Positions 23,750 through 34,350 of a DNA stretch of 64,000 bases are shown piece by piece. The notes beneath the pieces are model-generated. The model saw only the letters and a program-made list of their open reading frames with translations, was not told the origin of the DNA and made no database searches. Where the stretch lies: NCBI RefSeq assembly GCF_006345805.1, contig NC_043004.1:13206001-13270000 (forward strand). The letters run 5' to 3'. The translations under genes and the position numbers were made by a program. This stretch comes from Octopus sinensis (Eukaryota). Numbering within the stretch: position 1 is the stretch's first letter; each line of letters opens with the position of its first letter.

Positions 23750-24891
23750 ACGGGAAGGTTTACGAAAATATACAAAAGACGAAGGCAGGTGGAGTAACAA
23801 CGAACAATTGATTAGTATGGCGCTCAGGAATAGAAATAAAACAAGTCTTTTACGTTTCGAGCCTACGCTCTTCGACAGAAAGATACACAGAAAAGAAACA
23901 AGGAGAGAAACAAGGAGAGAAAAAAATGCGTGTAGGAGCTAACGGTCCATCATGGCGTTCTGATTTCAGGCAGAAGTCAGAGGTCAGAGGTCAGACGTTA
24001 GATGCTAGAGGGATAGTAGGGGAGATAACAGGGTCAAGTGATTTCACCCCAACATGAAGGTGCGTGTGTATATAAGAGAGTATGTATGTGCGTGTGAAAG
24101 AGGGCTGGTGGTCTGGACTTGTGTATGTATGTGTGGGTGTGGAGATATGAGGATGGGTGTGTGGTTGGTGTGTTGTGATGTGATGTGTAATGTGGGCGGT
24201 GTTGCTGTGGGTGGTGTGTTGTGATGTGATGTAATGTCGTATGGTGTAGTGTAGTGTGATTGTGTGGAGGTGGGAAAACTCATGTGGGGTGTGGGTTGGG
24301 GTAAAGTGGGGGTCGTGGGGAGAGTGAGAGGGGAGAGAGAAAGAGATGAGGGGGAGAGGGGGAGAGGAGAGAGGAGATGAGGGGGAGAGGACAAGGAGAG
24401 TAGAGGAAGGAGGGGAGATGAGGAGGGGGGGGTAGGGGGAGGGGGGAGGAGAGAGAAGGGGAGGGAGGGAGCAGAGAGAAAGAGAGAAGGGGAAGAGGGA
24501 AGAAGAAAAAAGAAAGAAGAGGGAAGAAGGGAAAGAAGGGAAGATGAAGGAAAGAGAGTAGGGTGAAAAGATGAAGGACTAAATAGAAGTAGGAGTCGGG
24601 GGGAGGTTAGATGAAAAAAAGGGGGAATACATGAAATGGGGGCGGAGAGTTGAGACCAAATGGCCTAAAAGAGCGAAGAGAGAAGATTAATCCGTGTTCA
24701 CGGCGCAAGGGGTAATCCGGATGGCCTCTGTCCAAGGACAATCCGAAGAAAAACAGGTGTTGCAAGGAGTGACCGGTGGAGGGGAAATGGCGTGAAAACG
24801 GTGTGTCATTGGCAAGGCGAAAGTCTCGGAGGTGTTCCGCGAACCGGTCAGCCAAGCGGCGTCCCGTTTGTCCGATGTATAGGGAATGGCA
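23750..24891 (-). mobile_element. Penelope-like element 3' part: GIY-YIG C-terminus, low-complexity 3' UTR and pLTR
   Basis: CHSLYIGQTGRRLADRFAEHLRD...PFSRHF...HS...REHGLIFSL...P.GLN (24891-24607) is a typical PLE endonuclease end. It is followed by a pyrimidine/CA-rich tract and a pLTR ending at (TA)n. Confidence 0.9.
23847..23882 (-). ncRNA. Minimal type I hammerhead motif with variant core (A6 to U)
   Basis: CTTT-CTGTCGA-A-GAGC-GTAG-GCTC-GAAAC-GTA-AAAG: stem I CTTT/AAAG, stem II GAGC/GCTC, palindromic AC/GT stem III, GUA site. Confidence 0.65.
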
Positions 24892-25250
24892 CCTTGGGCA
24901 AGTGTCTTCTACTATAGCCTCGGGCCGACCAAAGCCTTGTCAGTGGATTTGGTAGACGGAAACTGAAAGAAGCCTGTGGTATATATGTATATATATATAT
25001 ATATAATATGTGTGTGTGTTTGTGTGTGTGTGTGTTGCGTGTATGTTTTGTGTGTCTTTGTTTGTCCCTCTAGCATTGCTTGACAACCGATGGTGTGTGT
25101 TTATGTCGCCGTACTTAGCGGTTCGGCAAAAGAGACCGATAGAAAAGTACTGGGCTTACAAAGAATAAGTCCCGGTGTTGAGTTGCTCGACTAAAGGCGG
25201 TGCTCCAGCATGGCTGCAGTCAACTGACTGAAACATGTAAACGAAAAGAA
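24887..25250 (+). mobile_element. SINE family A, 5'-truncated, abutting the PLE ORF
   Basis: Starts tggcaccttgggcaagtgtc and shares tggca with the PLE at the junction. Confidence 0.85.
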
Positions 25251-25257
25251 AAAGAAA

Positions 25258-25314
<57 letters not shown>

Positions 25315-25529
25315 ATATATATACATGTATGTATATATGTATATATATACATGTACATATATATCTATGTATATATGTATATATATATATATACGTATAT
25401 ACATATATATATGTATATATATATTATAGTATATATATATATGTATATATATATCAATATATATGTGTATATATATATATACATTAAATTTTAAATATAA
25501 TAAATAGATAAAAAATAAAATATCCCAAA

Positions 25530-26000
25530 ATGTCCAGAACCTGGGGAGCATGGATATTGCGTTTTTCCTGAGAACCTGCAATGCGCCGACGGAGATAATC
25601 CGAGCAACATAATAACAGCTGCACTGAAGAGCAGTGGATACACAAGGTCGTTAGCTCAGATAGAGCGAAATAAGCAGGAGTTTATACGCTCCTATGCACT
25701 CATAAGTTCCCACATCGGTACGCTTGATGACATCTTTGTCACCGAACAAAGTAAAGATGGCAAGGATGGAGGCACGGCTGCTGATGAAAGATGTCACCCC
25801 CACTTGGTAGACACCCAGTACAACAAAGAAGATTCAAGTGAGAAACCTGCCCGGGAAGTAAACCCAAGTGCAAGTGCCCCTACCAGCACCAAAAGCCAAA
25901 ACCATGGAGATGAAAGAGCCAAAAAAGAAGCAAAATGAGGAAAAACTAAAAGAAAAACAAAAGATGAAACGGCCGAAGAAGGAAAAACTAAAACTCAATT
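25530..26000 (+). mobile_element. Possible degenerate LINE ORF1 (gag-like) fragment
   Basis: GC-elevated, frameshifted coding-like tract (...TTKKIQVRNLP..., then Lys/Glu-rich). Family not established. Confidence 0.25.
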
Positions 26001-26024
26001 TTCAAATTTTAAAAGGTTTTGCCG

Positions 26025-26570
26025 CCAATTTCCAGCAATCTTCGGCTATCTCCGGCAATCTCTTGCAATCTCCCGTAATCTCCGGCAATCTCCGGCAAAC
26101 TCCTGCAATCTCCGGCAATCTCCGGCAAACTCCGGCAATCTACGGCAAACTCGGGCAATCTCCGGCAAACTCTACCAATCTCACTCTATCTCCGCCTCTC
26201 TCACTCTATCTCTGCTTATCTCGCCTATCTCACTCTATCTACGCCTATCTCACTCTATCTATGCCTAGCTCTGCCTATCTCACTCTATTTACACCTATCT
26301 CTCTCTATCTCACTCTGTTCCAGGTGTTTTAACACACAGCATTATTGGGAAATCTCCCAAAATGCTACTCCGCCAATCTCCGGCTATCTCCCGCTATCTC
26401 CCGCTATCTCCGGCTATCTCCGGCAATCTTCGGTAAACTCCGGCAATCTCCTGCAATCTCCGGCAAACTCCGGTAATCTCCGGCAATCTCCAGCAAACTT
26501 CGGCAATCTCCGGAAAACTCTGGCAATCTCCGGATGTCTCCGGCAATCTCCGGCAAACTCCGGCAATTAT
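26025..26570. repeat. 10-bp minisatellite (TCCGGCAATC) with an internal block of CTCACTCTAT/CGCCTATCT variants
   Basis: Arrays at about 26025-26180 and 26365-26570. Variant block 26180-26315. Hairpin agcattattggga/tcccaaaatgct at 26338-26366. Confidence 0.9.
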
Positions 26571-27327
26571 CAAAAAAAATTTTTGAAAATTTTTCTGAAA
26601 ATTTCATCAAAACTTTGGAAAAGATCTTTGAAAGATTTTTTTTAAAGGATTAAACATAATTTCACTTTGTCCGTTTATCGATCAACAGAAATATCAACAT
26701 TCTGTACTTTAGAGTAGGTGACGGAGATTTCTTCAGACATTTGTATACTTGAATGAAAATTTATAAGTGATGTATGATTATGACGGACATAGGTAGATTT
26801 TCGAGTCACGTGTTCTATCCATCGGACAGGCACCCGTATCTACCCAACATACTTCAGGGAAGTATGCGACAAACCGATTTTCTTGTTTAAACTCTTAGAA
26901 AGAGTTGTTCTACTTACTGCGCTGTGGGATTGAAAGTTGGACTTCATGAATACGAAGCGAAGTTTTAAACTAATCAGCTAATCCTGCGCATTTCTGAATT
27001 TATATATTCAAACACACATAAATACCCAAGCACACACACACAAATGCATGCACAGGTGCACTGCTGGCACGTGCGGGTGCGCGCATACACACGGTCACAC
27101 ATACAGACTCACACACAAACTTAGATATATGTTTATAGATTCTATATTTACATGCATATACGCACATATAATCATGGCTGTGTGTTAAGACGGTTGCCTC
27201 TCAACCACATTGTACCACGTTCAGTTCATTTTGTATGACACCTTGTAAGTATGGACCTATCAGTCTTGTGAGTGAATTTAGTTAATGGAAAATTAAGGCA
27301 GCATGTATACATTTATATATATATATA

Positions 27328-27710
27328 CAGGCGCAGGAGTGGCTGTGTGGTAAGTAGCTTGCTAACCAACCACATGGTTCCGGGTTCAGTCCCACTGCGT
27401 GGTATCTTGGGCAAGTGTCTTGTGACCAATGCCTTGTGAGTGGATTTGGTAGACGGAAACTGAAAGAAGCCTGTCGTATATATGTATATATATGTGTGTG
27501 TGTGTTTGTGTGTCTGTGTTTGTCCGCCTAGCATTGCTTGACAACCGATGCTGGTGTGTTTACGTCCCCGTTACTTAGCGGATCGGCAAAAGTGACCGAT
27601 AGAATAAGTACTAGGCTTACAAAGAATAAGTCCCGAGGTCGATTTGCTCGACTAAAAGGCGGTGCTCCAGCATGGCCCCAGTCAAAATGACTGAAACAAG
27701 TAAAAGAGTA
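27328..27710 (+). mobile_element. SINE family A, near full length
   Basis: ggcgcaggagtggctgtgtggtaagtagc...gactgaaacaagtaaaagag. An older copy precedes it at about 27170-27305. Confidence 0.9.
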
Positions 27711-27738
27711 AAATAGTATATATATATACATTCATATA

Positions 27739-27783
<45 letters not shown>

Positions 27784-27784
27784 G

Positions 27785-27816
<32 letters not shown>

Positions 27817-27876
27817 TGTATGTATGTATGTATGTATGTATGTATGTATGTATGTGTGTGTGTATGTATGTATGTA

Positions 27877-27918
<42 letters not shown>

Positions 27919-27949
27919 GAGAGAGAGAGAGACATAGATAGATAGATAG

Positions 27950-28268
27950 ATTCAGAAGAATTAGGTACTTAAGTTGAGGCACCGAATTTAGTACGGCATT
28001 ATTCATACACTTTCAAAGGTGGTTAAATTGAAATAAGCAATAGGATATCCAGAGGTAATGCACTACGATCGTTTCAATCGGCTCAATTTAATTGAACAGT
28101 ACAACCTTACCTTCTCGGTGGTTTTAGGAAACATTATACATCTGTTTTAATTTAATTCTATGTATTTACGCAGCTGAGGATTGCTCTACATTTAAATTGA
28201 TGTAATGGTTGCATTGTTCAATTCAAAGGTACTGCATTACCTCTGGATATCCTGTTGCTTATTTTGAT

Positions 28269-28272
<4 letters not shown>
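27950..28272 (-). mobile_element. Hairpin-plus-tail element with split HHR
   Basis: IR aaataagcaataggatatccagaggtaatgca / tgcattacctctggatatcctgttgcttattt. GAAAC-GATC-GTA on minus in the left arm; CTGAGGA on plus at about 28174. Flanked by (GATA)n and (TA)n. Confidence 0.7.
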
Positions 28273-28310
<38 letters not shown>

Positions 28311-28312
<2 letters not shown>

Positions 28313-29977
28313 CAAGTAGAGTTAGCGGTTATATTAACCGTCTAAGGGATAATAGTATCCATTCTTACTAACGGTATCAATTACCTATGCTATCACTGGG
28401 CAGTAGTATGCAGGCACACTATGCTCATAGAGCATAGGAAACAACAGAATAATCAAAAGTTTATCAGGAATCAAATTTAAATATTCAGAAAATGGAGATA
28501 ACTTTTATCAACAAACATCAAATTGACCAACATCGTTTGATTATTAATTAATACAAGACAGGACATAACATTTCTTACGGCCATTTCCGCTTTCAATTTT
28601 CGTCTGCCGTTATGTTCTGAGTTCAAATTCCGCTGAGGTCGATTTAATAAGTACCAGTTAATCACTGGGGGACGATGTAATCGACTTAATCCCCTTGTCT
28701 GTCCTTGTTTGTCCCCTCTATGTTTAGCCTCCTGTGGGTCATAAAGAAATAATTATTAGTCGGTGCTTACGAAAAAAATTTGGAAAAAATATTCGTCATC
28801 TACATAGCACATTCGATCTAGTACATGCAGCTTCGTCAGAGTGGATAGAAATTCATAAAATAAAATAAACGAAGGGAAGAGGAAAGAGCAGGGCCTCCAG
28901 ATGAGGCCAGAAGGCTCAATATCTGAAAATCATACCATCTTGCCGTTTGAGGCTTGACGTCGATAGGCAAAGGAGTGAACTAGCAGTGATCTAGGGAAAT
29001 TATTATGGATCATTTCCAAATACGGGGAACCAGGGCGTGTCAATAGTAATGGAAGGAAGCTAGTACTGAAATAAGACAGGGATTACCAATATTACTCTTT
29101 TACTCTTTTACTCTTTTACTTGTTTCAGTCATTTGACTGCGGCAATGCTGGAGCACCGCCTATGTGTAGAAAAAGTATAGAACTTATGATATCGTACGTA
29201 GGACTAAGTAATACTTATCCAAAAAAAAACCCGTAGAGTTCTTATAAGGTGTACTTAATGAAATATTCTAGAAAATACCACCTGTTTATAATGTATTTAA
29301 ACGAAGGTTAAAGTTAAAACGGTCTTAAATTTGCCCTTGGTTTAAACATAATTGACCAAGTGTAGATGGACTTTGGTGAATTCTATTACGGACAACAGGT
29401 GATAATTTCTAGAATATTTCAGTAAGTACACAATTATAAGGACTCTACGGTTTTTGCTTTTGGACAAGTATTAATTAGCGCTATTTACGTTATCATAAGT
29501 ACTATTCTTTTTCTAGACATATTGGTACTTCGCGTCTTATTCCATTCTAGCTTCATTTCATTACTATTTATTCGCCCTAGTTCCTCGTATTTAGACATAA
29601 TCCATAATAATTTCCCTAGATCACTGCTAGTTCACTCCTTTGCCTTTTGATGTCAAGCCCCAAACTGCAAGATGGTATGATTTTAATACATTGAGCCTTC
29701 TGGCCTCATCTTGAAGCCCTGCTCTTTCCTCTTCCCTCTTCTCTTCGTTTATTTTATCTTATGGATTTGTATTCACTCTGACGAAGCTCCATGTACTAGA
29801 TCGAATGTTCAATGTAGATGACGAATATTATTTTCGGAATTTCTTTTGTAAGCATCGACTAAATTAGGAAGTGGAAACGGCCATAAGAAATGTTATGTCA
29901 TGTTTTATATTAAATAGTAATCAACTAATGTTGGTCAATTTGTTAGTTTGTTGATAAAAGTTTCCTCCAGTTTCTGA
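28311..29977 (-). mobile_element. Large foldback element (arms about 580 bp) plus structured tail
   Basis: Left arm about 28484-29287, interrupted by SINE fragments at about 28590-28752 and 29093-29160, is the reverse complement of the right arm about 29394-29977. CTGACGA cores at 28839-28833 (minus) and 29778-29784 (plus). Confidence 0.85.
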
Positions 29978-29984
29978 TTATATA

Positions 29985-30222
29985 TATACTTTATTTAAAG
30001 CAGCAGAAAATTCAACAAAACCTGTTACTCTGAGTTTCACGTTGCGTTCGTCGGACAGTTTTTGTTAGAAAAAAACTGTTCGATGAACGGCAACGCCAAA
30101 CTCAGAGTAACAGGTTTTGTTGAATTTTCTGCTGCTTTAAATAAAGCATATTACTCTACCACTGGTATTTGAGTACTCTTTTTCCACCTGTTTCACATTT
30201 ATGTGTTTACTACTCCATCCGG
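29985..30222 (+). mobile_element. Hairpin-plus-tail element with two inverted HHR motifs
   Basis: IR about 29990-30066 / 30069-30148, tail to 30222, (TA)n on both sides. A related partial copy is at 60700-60775. Confidence 0.85.
30014..30066 (-). ncRNA. Type I hammerhead fold with U4-to-C core variant
   Basis: AACAAAAACTGT-CCGACGA-ACG-CAA-CGT-GAAAC-TCAGA-GTA-ACAGGTTTTGTT: 12-bp stem I with one mismatch, 3-bp stem II, short stem III, GUA site. Confidence 0.65.
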
Positions 30223-30223
30223 T

Positions 30224-30258
<35 letters not shown>

Positions 30259-30300
30259 CTATGTGTGTGTTGTGTGTTGTGTGTGTGTGTGTGTGTAATG

Positions 30301-30388
30301 ATAAACTGGAGAAAACTTTTTGATCAACAAACTAACAAATTGACCAACATTAGTTGATTATTATTTAATACAAAACATGACATAACAT
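30301..30388. repeat. Third copy of the foldback arm end (inverted relative to 29885-29977)
   Basis: aaactggagaaaactttttgatcaacaaactaacaaattgaccaacattagttgatta is near-identical to the reverse complement of 29885-29977. Confidence 0.85.
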
Positions 30389-30397
30389 ATATATATA

Positions 30398-30515
30398 TAT
30401 ATTGTATAAAGGGTCGTGGGTAAGGGCAGAACAATGTGACGTAAATGCAAGGTAAATCACGATCCTTTATACAATATGCTCTTTATAATACTTCATAGTA
30501 ATTATTCCATTATAA
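30398..30515 (+). mobile_element. Small hairpin-plus-tail element in (TA)n
   Basis: atattgtataaagggtcgtg / cacgatcctttatacaatat IR. No HHR core recognised. Confidence 0.6.
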
Positions 30516-30616
30516 CGTATGTACGAATGTATGTACGTACGTATGTATGTATGCATGTATAAATGAACATGTGTGTGTGTGAGTGTGCTTGTATCTATCT
30601 ACCAATAGATAGATAA

Positions 30617-30680
<64 letters not shown>

Positions 30681-31585
30681 GATAGATAGATAATGTGTGT
30701 GAAAATGCATATGTGTGTATATGTGTATACGTACACGCACGCACACATGAAAGAAAAAATAAAGTGGTAGTGTGTGATGTAAAAATAGAAATATTTCTGT
30801 GAGATACCATCGATCAATTTTAGATAATTTATAGGGTCTCTTCAAATATGTTGGTGTATTTCTGGAGACTCTTAACATCTTATCCTGTATCGTCTGCTCT
30901 AAATGACTGCAGCACTTTTAGCCTCGGCTGCCTTCTATGGATTGCACTATTCTTATAATATCATTGATAATACTGGGATGGCGTCTATATGTTGTCATTT
31001 ATTTATTATTTAGAAATTGTTTTGTACGTTTAAATGTCAGGAACGTCTAGGCGTCTGGAATTTTCATCAGATTCTAAAGTTATCTCCAACTTGAAAGCTC
31101 TAGCGAACCTGAATATGGGATTCGAGAAAGATTTTTTTCTTCTAATTGCAATGGTAAATTCGGAACAATTTAAATATTACGATTTGCTGTATAACACAAT
31201 GAGATACCCTAATTGTCCTTAGTAAACAGAATCTTACTCTGAGGTATTTTCTTCACAGTATTTTTGTTAAAATACAACAAGTGCCACTTCTTATAGATCC
31301 TTCAGGTTCATTTCAAAGAAATATTTTATTGCAGAATGCATTTCAATATATTATAGGTAGTTGTTGCAAGTAGGCACATATATAGAGTAGATTTAGAGGG
31401 ATCAATCACCTAGAGATGAGTATTGTATGTCCACATCTTTGTTCTGTTCTTATTCTCTCAGTAATATATATCCTTATAAGAAACTGTTTCAAACGCATGG
31501 TTTCGGTTTGTCCTACTATAGCTACGTGGCGAGCAATGCCCTGTGAGCAGATGTGGCAGATAGAAACTGGAGAAAGTCAATCGCT

Positions 31586-31617
<32 letters not shown>

Positions 31618-31692
31618 GTATGTATGTATGTATGTATGTATATAAATTAGAGAAGACCATCATATAGCAATAAAAATAAATAGTATATAATT

Positions 31693-31727
<35 letters not shown>

Positions 31728-31741
31728 GTATACTAGTATAG

Positions 31742-31783
<42 letters not shown>

Positions 31784-31789
31784 AGAAGG

Positions 31790-31840
31790 AGCTTCTACAG
31801 GACTAGAACTGTTTCATTCAAGAGAAATCTTCAGGAAGCT
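31790..31840 (-). ncRNA. Type I hammerhead ribozyme fold, canonical core (mirror copy)
   Basis: Minus strand AGCTTC-CTGAAGA-TTTC-TCTT-GAAT-GAAA-CAG-TTCTAGTC-CTGT-A-GAAGCT. Confidence 0.72.
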
Positions 31841-31884
31841 TCCTGAAGATTTCTGTGAAGAAACAGTTCTAGTCTGTAGAAGCT
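31837..31884 (+). ncRNA. Type I hammerhead ribozyme fold, canonical core
   Basis: AGCTTC-CTGAAGA-TTTC-TGT-GAA-GAAA-CAG-TTCTAGT-CTGT-A-GAAGCT. Predicted cleavage after GUA at 31878. Confidence 0.75.
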
Positions 31885-31989
31885 CCTTCATAAATAAATA
31901 ATTTACTTACTATGTATTGGTACCTTATTTACTGTGGTTAACCCCGAATCAACCCGGGACCTACATATATATATATATATATATATATA

Positions 31990-32030
<41 letters not shown>

Positions 32031-32084
32031 ATATAGTATAATATATTATATATATATATATACATACATACATATATATATATA

Positions 32085-33017
32085 TCACGCTGAGTAAAAA
32101 GTAAGTAACGTTTTGAAACGTGAAATTCATCACTGTATTTCAACAACGTGGAAATTTTATGCATGAAAGTAAGTATAATTACAATCATCACATTAATCAA
32201 CGAGTTACAAGTTTGTTTATTCCGGTGACATAGAAATATTTAGTTCTGGAGCTGATCAACTCTTTGAACGCACTTTCAGCATCGGTTTGATTTTTGAACT
32301 CCTTCTCCCGCAGGAAACTATCAAGTGTTTGAAGAAGTGGTAGTCGGTAGGAGAAAGATCTGGGGAATAAGCTGAATAAGGAAGAACTCCAGTGCCAACT
32401 TCTCTCAAATTCCGGAGCGTCATTAGTGAAACGGTTGGTCGAGCAATGTCATGAAGAATGATTGGCCCTCTTCTGTTGACCAGTCTGAGACGCAGGAGTA
32501 GGGGTTTTTCGTTCATTTTGTCAATTTCATAGCAATGTTTCTCCAGTATTGGATTTTCCTAGTTTTAAGAAGTTATAGGGGATGAGTCCAGCAATACACC
32601 ATCAACCAGTCACTATAACCATTGTTTTGACGAGCTCGGAAGGGAAGGTTTTCTGTGCTCCATTTTGATCAAACGGCTCCGAAGAATGTTTTTATGATTG
32701 TACAGAATCCCCTTTTCCCAGTTTTCTGGCTAACATGAAGTCCTCTTGCCAGATATCGAGTGGTCTTACGTGTATCTTTCTCAATGACGGTCTTTAATTG
32801 ACCGTCATCGATGACACATGGGTGTCCGCTACGCTCACGAACTTCAAGGCTCAGGTCTCCACTGCGAAATCGTTTAAATTATTTTCCAGCTGACCACTTA
32901 GTGGTTATTTCGTCATCAAACATTTCATTGATATTGCGAGCAGTTTCAGCTGCTTTACGTCCTTTTTTGAAGTTGAATAGCAAAATTGCTCGATAAATAA
33001 GTATATGAATTGCTGCA
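32085..33017 (-). mobile_element. Degenerate mariner transposon
   Basis: N-terminal RAILLFNFKKGRKAAETARNIN...FKRFRSGD..L....RSGHP and C-terminal ILHDIARP...LPYSAYSPDLSPTDYHFFKHL, with frameshifts. Ends at a TA run at 32084. Confidence 0.9.
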
Positions 33018-34263
33018 ATAAGAAGGAAGCTAAAGCAAGCAGAGTGACGCCGCTTGGCACAGATTGACCTAGAAGTCTGTTGAGCATGGGCAGTACGTTT
33101 TAATATTCTAGCTTACAACCATTGTTTACAGCAGTGCTGCTGCTGCTTCTTCTTCTTCTTCTTCTTCTTCTTCTTCTTCTTCTTCTTCTTCTTCTTCTTC
33201 TTCTTCTTCTTCTTCTTCTTCTTCTTCTTCTTCTTCTTCTTCTTCTTCTTCTTCTTCTTCTTCTTCTTCTGACTCACACCATTAGCCACAAAGAATAATC
33301 TCTAATTCGAGCCTACTCTAAGCTACTAAGAATGCGTGTGGCAACCTGAAGATTCCACCCACCACACGCGATAGACTGGCGGTTGCACAGGCGTGAAAGC
33401 TACGTTGTTATCCTCATTCCGTAAACGGTGGCTTTTAATAGGTGGAGAGTTGAACCATCCTGGGTACAGAGGATTCGCAATCTAGACTAGGGTCTGAAAG
33501 TTTACCACGCCCTAGGGGGTTACACCATGATTCCTCTGCTTTGTGGCAGAGGTAGGAAGAAGTAGTGAGAGAAAGTTGTGGTGAAAGAGTAAAGCGGGGT
33601 TCACCCCCCAACGTCGGAGCTTCGTGGAGCTTAGGTGTTTTTGTAGGAGTGGTTCAAACATTTCAAAGTGGTTCAGACGTTTCCCCCAAAAATGTCTATA
33701 GTGAGGAACGTTCTGGGAGACCCGCAACCAGTAGAACTGAGAAAAACATCGCAGATGTGCGGGCAGCTTTGAGGTGAAATCGTTGAATCTCATCCGTGAC
33801 TTATCGGAAGATGTGCAGATTAGTAACGGTTCAATTCTGTTCATTATCACTGAAGGTTTGGGTATAAGACGTGCGTCTGCTAATTTTGTTCCAAGACTAC
33901 TTTCAACTGACCAAAAAGACAAACGAGCTTCCGTTGCACAGGATCTCCTAGATTGTGTCGAGAACAAGGGAATCTTTTTGAAAACTTTACTTAAGTCTCT
34001 GAGCCAAGCTTTTAGCAAAGCTTTTAGCAAAATCTGATGAAGATTCTCTGCGCAGCTTTCTCTGTCATTTTCAATGCGACTATCACAAGTACACACCTTT
34101 ATTCCAAGCACTGCCGTGATCAGCTAAAGTGAATTAGAATATTAAGTCTTAGTGCGCATGCACAAAACAGTTTAAGGCCAATCTGTGCCAAGCGGCTTCA
34201 CTCTGCGTGCTTTAGCTTCGTTACTCTGGCAAGAGTCCGGATACATATTGATCAGATGATGTA
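33018..34263. mobile_element. Rearranged mariner: 5' end (+), transposase HTH/linker (+), inverted second 5' end (-)
   Basis: 33020-33138 (+) and 34263-33990 (-) are homologous 5' ends; the latter includes MTEKAAQRI./IRFC*KL. 33646-33988 (+) reads EERSGRPATSRTEKNI...IRDLSEDVQISNGSI...LGIRRASANFVPRLLS. Confidence 0.8.
33146..33645 (-). mobile_element. SINE family B variant with alternative 3' module and (GAA)n tail
   Basis: Reverse complement of about 46845-47293. (CTT)n at 33146-33270. Confidence 0.85.
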
Positions 34264-34350
34264 CGTATATACATACATACATACATACATACATACATAC
34301 ATACATACATACATAACAAAAGAAGGGTTGTATTTCCACGCAGGAAAAAA

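Larger units (their letters stand above)
31785..31962 (+). mobile_element. Palindromic double-hammerhead element between (TA)n arrays
   Basis: Palindrome 31785-31889 centred on GGAAGCTTCC (31834-31843); tail 31890-31962. Confidence 0.85.

Noticed and set aside
25868-26610. ORFs with SGNLRQ/EIAGDCR repeats
   Set aside because: Translation of a 10-bp minisatellite; the period is not a multiple of 3.
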